Shown here one piece after another: positions 61,450-64,000 of a DNA stretch of 64,000 nt. The stretch spans positions 6,287 to 70,286 of the forward strand of contig JASJBK010000003.1 of NCBI GenBank assembly GCA_030066555.1, read 5' to 3'. Position 1 is the stretch's first letter; each line of letters begins with the position of its first letter. The notes beneath the pieces were generated by a model. It saw only the letters and a program-made list of their open reading frames with translations. It was not told the DNA's origin and made no database searches. This DNA comes from Halieaceae bacterium (GTDB lineage: Bacteria; Pseudomonadota; Gammaproteobacteria; Pseudomonadales; Halieaceae). The position numbers and the translations under genes are program-made.

Positions 61450-62118
61450 TTAGTTTTTGGGGCGTGAGTACCGCCGGCGCAGCTCGACCTTGTCGAGCAG
61501 CAGGGCAAAGCGGTCGATATCGCGCTGGAAGCCCTGGTTAACCACGTCCACCTCGCGGGTGCGCTCTTCGATGGAGCGCTCGGTTTCGGCGATTTCGCTG
61601 CGCAGGCCGTCGATGGCTGCAATCAGCTCCATAGGTACCGGTTCGCCGCGGCGCTCGATATCGGCCGCCCGTTCCTGGTTGCTTTCTACCTGCACCTTGA
61701 GGCTGCGCACATTGGAGCGCAGGATGCTGATGCGGATACGCAGTTCACTCAGTGCACGGTCGCGGGCCGCCTCGATATCTTCGATACTTGAGTAGCGCAG
61801 CAGCAGTGACTCGTCCCATTTGCGCAGCCGCTCGGCTTCCTCGGCAGCTACCCGGGCCTCGTAGGCACTGCTGGACTGGTCGGCCAGCTCTTCGTCAGTC
61901 AGCGAGCGCGGCACCACTTGGTAAACACTGCCGTCGGCGTTCAGAATCTCGTAACCCTTGTGAACGTATTCCGGTGGAATGTTGTAGTTGATGACCGTGA
62001 TGCCCTCGTCATTGACGTAGCGGTAGAGGTATTCGGCACCACGCGCAGCGGAAACGCTAACGGCGAGGGCGAGCCCCGCTGTCAGCGCCATAAGCCTGGT
62101 CGCCGCACGTATCATCAT
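61450..62118 (-). CDS. DUF4124-like secreted coiled-coil protein
   Basis: 222-aa ORF with a signal peptide (MMIRAATRLMALTAGLALAVSVSAARG). This is followed by YRYVNDEGITVINYNIPP (the DUF4124-type motif) and a long charged heptad-rich helix. Confidence 0.65.
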   Translation of the reverse strand: MMIRAATRLMALTAGLALAVSVSAARGAEYLYRYVNDEGITVINYNIPPEYVHKGYEILNADGSVYQVVPRSLTDEELADQSSSAYEARVAAEEAERLRKWDESLLLRYSSIEDIEAARDRALSELRIRISILRSNVRSLKVQVESNQERAADIERRGEPVPMELIAAIDGLRSEIAETERSIEERTREVDVVNQGFQRDIDRFALLLDKVELRRRYSRPKN

Positions 62119-62177
62119 AGGAGGTTATGTTTCACTTTTCTGAGCACAATATAGGCGCTGCTCCTAGCACGCACAAG

Positions 62178-62825
62178 TTACGCCACACCGTACTGTGATC
62201 TGTATTCCAGCATCGCCGCAAGCGCAGGGATATCGCCGCCTTCACGGGATTCTAGGTACTCGATCAGGTTAACGAGATTCACAATACTCACAACCTGCAG
62301 TTCGTATTCATTTTCGATTTCCTGAATCGCAGAAAGTTCGCCCTGGCCACGCTCCATGCGATCCAGTCCAATCGCCACTCCTGCACAGCTGCCGCCCTCA
62401 GCGCTGATCAGCGCCAGCGCTTCGCGGATGGCGGTGCCCGCGGTGATCACGTCGTCCACCACCAGCACCCGGCTCGCCAGTGAGGCACCCACCAGCACGC
62501 CACCCTCGCCGTGGTCCTTGGCCTCCTTGCGGTTATAGGCCCAGGGCACATCGCGACCGTGCTGGTCGGCGAGGGCGATAGCAACGCTGGCGGCCAGCGG
62601 GATGCCCTTGTAGGCCGGCCCGAACAGCACATCAAACTCGACACCGGCGGCAACGATGGCATCGGCGTAGCAGCGGCCTAGTCGCGCCAACGCCGCGCCC
62701 GTGTCGAAGGCGCCGGCGTTGAAGAAGTAGGGGCTCACGCGGCCGGACTTCAGGGTGAACTCGCCGAAGCGAAGCGCCTCACGCTCGCGTGCCAGCTCAA
62801 TAAACTCAGACTGGTAGCCTTCCAT
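62178..62825 (-). CDS. pyrE: Orotate phosphoribosyltransferase
   Basis: 215-aa ORF ([33 protein letters not shown], the PRPP motif [13 protein letters not shown]). Confidence 0.95.
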   Translation of the reverse strand: MEGYQSEFIELAREREALRFGEFTLKSGRVSPYFFNAGAFDTGAALARLGRCYADAIVAAGVEFDVLFGPAYKGIPLAASVAIALADQHGRDVPWAYNRKEAKDHGEGGVLVGASLASRVLVVDDVITAGTAIREALALISAEGGSCAGVAIGLDRMERGQGELSAIQEIENEYELQVVSIVNLVNLIEYLESREGGDIPALAAMLEYRSQYGVA

Positions 62826-63073
62826 CCGCAGTGGGTCCCCGTGTTTGAAGGTTTATCGCAATCCGATAATGGGGTATAAATGCTGACCCGCCGTCGGAAC
62901 AAAACAAACATAATAGCGCGTCCTGGCAGGGCACAGAAATGACTCTGGGCAACGCTACTTTTTACAACCGCAAGCTGCCACGTGCCGGTCACGTGTTGAT
63001 CGCTGCGGTTTGCGCGCACGGCCACCGGTGCGGCGCGCCGCGACCATGACACTTTCGCCTGAGGAGCGACTTA

Positions 63074-63844
63074 ATGAGGGTTATCAGTTTTTCCGCCGAT
63101 GGCGTGAAAAATGCTGCTGATAATGGATTCTACGACTGGGTCCTCGAACAGGATGCGGACTTCATCTGCATCCAGGATCTCGGCTGCAGCGAGTATGACC
63201 TGCAGGCGGATACTTTCTTTCCCAGCCAGTACAACGCCTATTTCTTCGATGCCGTAGAGGGCAGGTCAGACGGTGTCGCCCTGTACTGCAAGAGCCTGCC
63301 GAAAGCGATTATGACCGGCCTCGGCTTCAGCGACTTCGATATGGAAGGCCGCTACATCCAGGCCGATTATTCCAACGTCAGCGTCGGCTGCCTGTTGGTG
63401 CCGCCCGGTGGCGATGCCGGCAGCGAGGAGCAGTCCCGCAAGAGCGAATTCCTGGGACTGCTGCAGTCGCACCTCAACAAGATTCGCAACAAGCGCCGCG
63501 AGTTTGTCATCTGCGGCGGCTGGAACCTCGCCCATTCCGCCCACGACGTGCAGGACACCGAGCGCAACAGCACTCGCAGCGGTTTTCTGGCCGAGGAGCG
63601 CCAGTGGATGGACGAGGTGCTTGAGCTCGGTTATGTCGACGCCTTCCGTGAGATCAATTCAGACAGCGACGAGTTCAGCTGGTGGCCTGACGGCGATCGG
63701 GATGGCAACGGGTTGCGCACGGATTTTCAGCTGGTGTCGGGTGGCATGAAGTACGCTATCGAATACGGCGCTATCTACAAGGCCAGGGCCTTCTCCAACC
63801 ACGCTCCCATCATCATGGACTACGACCTGGAACCGGCTGCCTAG
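63074..63844 (+). CDS. crc: Exonuclease III-fold (EEP) protein resembling catabolite repression control protein Crc
   Basis: 256-aa ORF. Hand comparison with P. aeruginosa Crc shows shared blocks GLGF, GRY(I/L)QAD, FSWWPD and HAP(I/L)I(M/V)DYD. It sits between pyrE and rph, as crc does in pseudomonads. The ExoIII catalytic motifs are degenerate (QET to QDL; GDxN to GGWN; DH to NH). Confidence 0.6.
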   Translation: MRVISFSADGVKNAADNGFYDWVLEQDADFICIQDLGCSEYDLQADTFFPSQYNAYFFDAVEGRSDGVALYCKSLPKAIMTGLGFSDFDMEGRYIQADYSNVSVGCLLVPPGGDAGSEEQSRKSEFLGLLQSHLNKIRNKRREFVICGGWNLAHSAHDVQDTERNSTRSGFLAEERQWMDEVLELGYVDAFREINSDSDEFSWWPDGDRDGNGLRTDFQLVSGGMKYAIEYGAIYKARAFSNHAPIIMDYDLEPAA

Positions 63845-63849
63845 TCGCT

Positions 63850-64000
63850 CTAATGGTCTGTCGCCAACGCCTGCTGCTGTAACGCACAAATCTCGGCAAT
63901 ACCAGCAGACGCCAGGTCGAGCATGCTGTCGAGGTCACCGCGCTGGAACGGTGCGCCCTCGGCGGTGCCCTGCACCTCGATGAATTCGCCACCGTCAGAC
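63850..64000 (-). CDS. rph: Ribonuclease PH (C-terminal 49 aa; N-terminus beyond window end)
   Basis: Hand translation of the minus strand gives ...[49 protein letters not shown]. This is a typical RNase PH C-terminus. It is not in the ORF track because it runs off the edge. Confidence 0.85.
   Translation of the reverse strand, partial: SDGGEFIEVQGTAEGAPFQRGDLDSMLDLASAGIAEICALQQQALATDH

Overview
High-GC (about 60-65% by eye) chromosomal core region of a gammaproteobacterium. Gene order resembles Pseudomonas/Cellvibrionales-type genomes; this taxon guess is an inference from synteny only. Nearly the whole window is housekeeping. It contains gcvH, ubiH-ubiI, ygfB, zapA-ssrS(6S RNA)-ygfA, ilvA and rpiA. 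An Opp/Dpp-type ABC importer is followed by an ECF sigma / FecR / TonB-dependent transducer set. Next come tkt-epd-pgk-fba-marC-hydrolase and a sahR-metK-ahcY-metF-rsmE methyl-cycle operon. Then nhaA, gshB-tonB-yqgE-ruvX, pilT-pilU, yggS-proC-yggT-metXW-rdgB-hemW, trmB, rpoH and ftsYEX. The window ends with rsmD-coaD, mutM, rpmBG, radC, coaBC, an N-terminally extended algC, argB, slmA, pyrE, a crc-like gene and rph. I saw no prophage, IS element, integrase, CRISPR array, tRNA/rRNA gene or recognisable defence island. The many long ORFs antisense to these genes are high-GC shadow ORFs. The unusual signals are mostly non-coding. (1) Three copies of a structured repeat have a 58-nt conserved core, with a covarying inner hairpin, sitting on long perfect stems whose sequence differs in every copy. 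(2) An 89-90 bp tandem repeat (about 4.5 units) starts right after the 6S RNA gene. (3) Tandem duplications re-copy the 3-prime coding ends and stop codons of pgk (49 bp x 3) and slmA (78 bp x 2). (4) Two conserved genes, epd and ruvX, have essential N-terminal motifs upstream of any ATG/GTG/TTG. Each has a CTG exactly overlapping the upstream TGA (CTGA), the same geometry as the ATGA/GTGA junctions common here. (5) A perfect 13+13 bp palindrome lies in front of the sahR operon. All identities and pairings were counted by eye. No database search or folding program was run.
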